The notes under the pieces: model-generated
Database searches by the model: none
Told to the model about the DNA's origin: nothing
The model's input: the letters and a program-made list of their open reading frames with translations, nothing else
Source of the DNA: Eledone cirrhosa
Taxonomy: Eukaryota
Length of the DNA stretch: 64,000 nt
Direction of reading: 5' to 3'
Assembly (NCBI GenBank): GCA_964016885.1
Contig: OZ024741.1
Coordinates: forward strand, 392,088,001-392,152,000
Made by a program: the position numbers and the translations under genes
Shown here: piece after piece, positions 62,501 to 64,000 of the stretch
How positions within the stretch are numbered: position 1 is the first letter of the stretch
Layout: each line of letters starts with the position of its first letter

Positions 62501-64000
62501 ATGATAGAAAGGATGATAGCAGAAGGTTGTACTTAACACTGAATAGTGTGTTGAAGGTGATAGTGGGAGGTAACATGATAGAAAGGATGATAGCAGAAGG
62601 TTGTACTTAACACTGAATAGTGTGTTGAAGCTGATGGTGGGAGGTAACATGATAGAAAGGATGATAGCAGAAGGTTGTACTTAACACTGAATAGTGTGTT
62701 GAAGGTGATAGTGGGAGGTAACATGATAGAAAGGATGATAGCAGAAGGTTGTACTTAACACTGAATAGTGTGTTGAAGGTGATGGTGGGAGGTAACATGA
62801 TAGAAAGGATGATAGCAGAAGGTTGTACTTAACACTGAATAGTGTGTTGAAGGTGATGGTGGGAGGTAACATGATAGAAAGGATGATAGCAGAAGGTTGT
62901 ACTTAACACTGGATAGTGTGTTGAAGGTGATGGTGGGGGGGGGGGGGTAACATGATAGAAAGGATGATAGCAGAAGGTTGTACTTAACACTGAATAGTGT
63001 GTTGAAGGTGATGGTGGGAGGTAACATGATAGAAAGGATGATAGCAGAAGGTTGTACTTAACACTGAATAGTGTGTTGAAGGTGATGGTGGGAGGTAACA
63101 TGATAGAAAGGATGATAGCAGAAGGTGTACTTAACACTGAATAGTGTGTGAAGGTGATGGTGGGGGGTAACATGATAGAAAGGATGATAGCAGAAGGTTG
63201 TACTTAACACTGAATAGTGTGTTGAAGGTGATGGTGGGAGGTAACATGATAGAAAGGATGATAGCAGAAGGTTGTACTTAACACTGAATAGTGTGTTGAA
63301 GGTGATGGTGGGAGGTAACATGATAGAAAGGATGATAGCAGAAGGTGTACTTAACACTGAATAGTGTGTTGAAGGTGATGGTGGGGGGTAACATGATCAA
63401 AGGATGATAGCAGAAGGTTGTACTTAACACTGAATAGTGTGTTGAAGGTGATGGTGGGGGGTAACATGATAGAAAGGATGATAGCAGAAGGTTGTACTTA
63501 ACACTGAATAGTGTGTTGAAGGTGATAGTGGGAGGTAACATGATAGAAAGGATGATAGCAGAAGGTTGTACTTAACACTGAATAGTGTGTTGAAGGTGAT
63601 GGTGGGAGGTAACATGACAGAAAGGATGATAGCAGAAGGTTGTACTTAACACTGAGTAGTGTGTTGAAGGTGATGGTGGGGGGGTAACATGATCAAAGGA
63701 TGATAGCAGAGGTTGTACTTAACACTGAATAGTGTGTTGAAGGTGATGGTGGGAGGTAACATGATAGAAAGGATGATAGCAGAAGGTTGTACTTAACACT
63801 GAATAGTGTGTTGAAGGTGATGGTGGGAGGTAACATGATAGAAAGGATGATAGCAGAAGGTTGTACTTAACACTGAATAGTGTGTTGAAGGTGATGGTGG
63901 GGGTAACATGATAGAAAGGATGATAGCAGAAGGTTGTACTTAACACTGAATAGTGTGTTGAAGGTGATGGTGGGAGGTAACATGATAGAAAGGATGATAG
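35533..64000. repeat. 74-bp satellite array, about 385 copies, over 28 kb, continues past the window end
   Basis: Unit ACTGAATAGTGTGTTGAAGGTGATGGTGGG(A/G)GGTAACATGATAGAAAGGATGATAGCAGAAGGTTGTACTTAAC; 74-bp period visible in the ORF track. Confidence 0.99.

Noticed and set aside
35436-63946. Hundreds of ~63-aa MLPPTITFNTLF ORFs, or a CRISPR-like array
   Set aside because: They are translations of the 74-bp unit; there are no unique spacers and no cas genes, and the context is eukaryotic
56900-64000. Higher 1-bp indel rate as biological divergence
   Set aside because: Mostly homopolymer length changes and single-base dropouts, typical of long-read consensus error; cannot be separated without reads

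Overview
AT-rich, repeat-dominated eukaryotic DNA. The SINE and RTE repeat content resembles an octopus/coleoid genome (inference). One host gene is visible: the first three coding exons of a dihydrodiol dehydrogenase (DHDH, Gfo/Idh/MocA family) at 17613-17696, 31674-31785 and 35202-35365 (+). Upstream (4.6-13 kb) is a (TA)n-anchored stack of Penelope-like retroelement modules with Naiad-like RT plus C-terminal GIY-YIG. It contains two tail-to-tail ORF copies, four minimal type I hammerhead ribozyme motifs and a shared ~39-nt hairpin leader fused to two different 5' breakpoints. Three decayed Rep/Helicase Helitrons and several non-autonomous ones follow. One is split by a non-coding tRNA-Trp-primed LTR element and one is bracketed by a ~44-bp direct repeat. 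tRNA-derived SINEs, RTE LINE fragments and minisatellites fill the gaps. From ~35.5 kb to the window end, a 74-bp satellite (~385 copies, with higher-order duplications) occupies the third DHDH intron; the hundreds of short ORFs there are artefacts.
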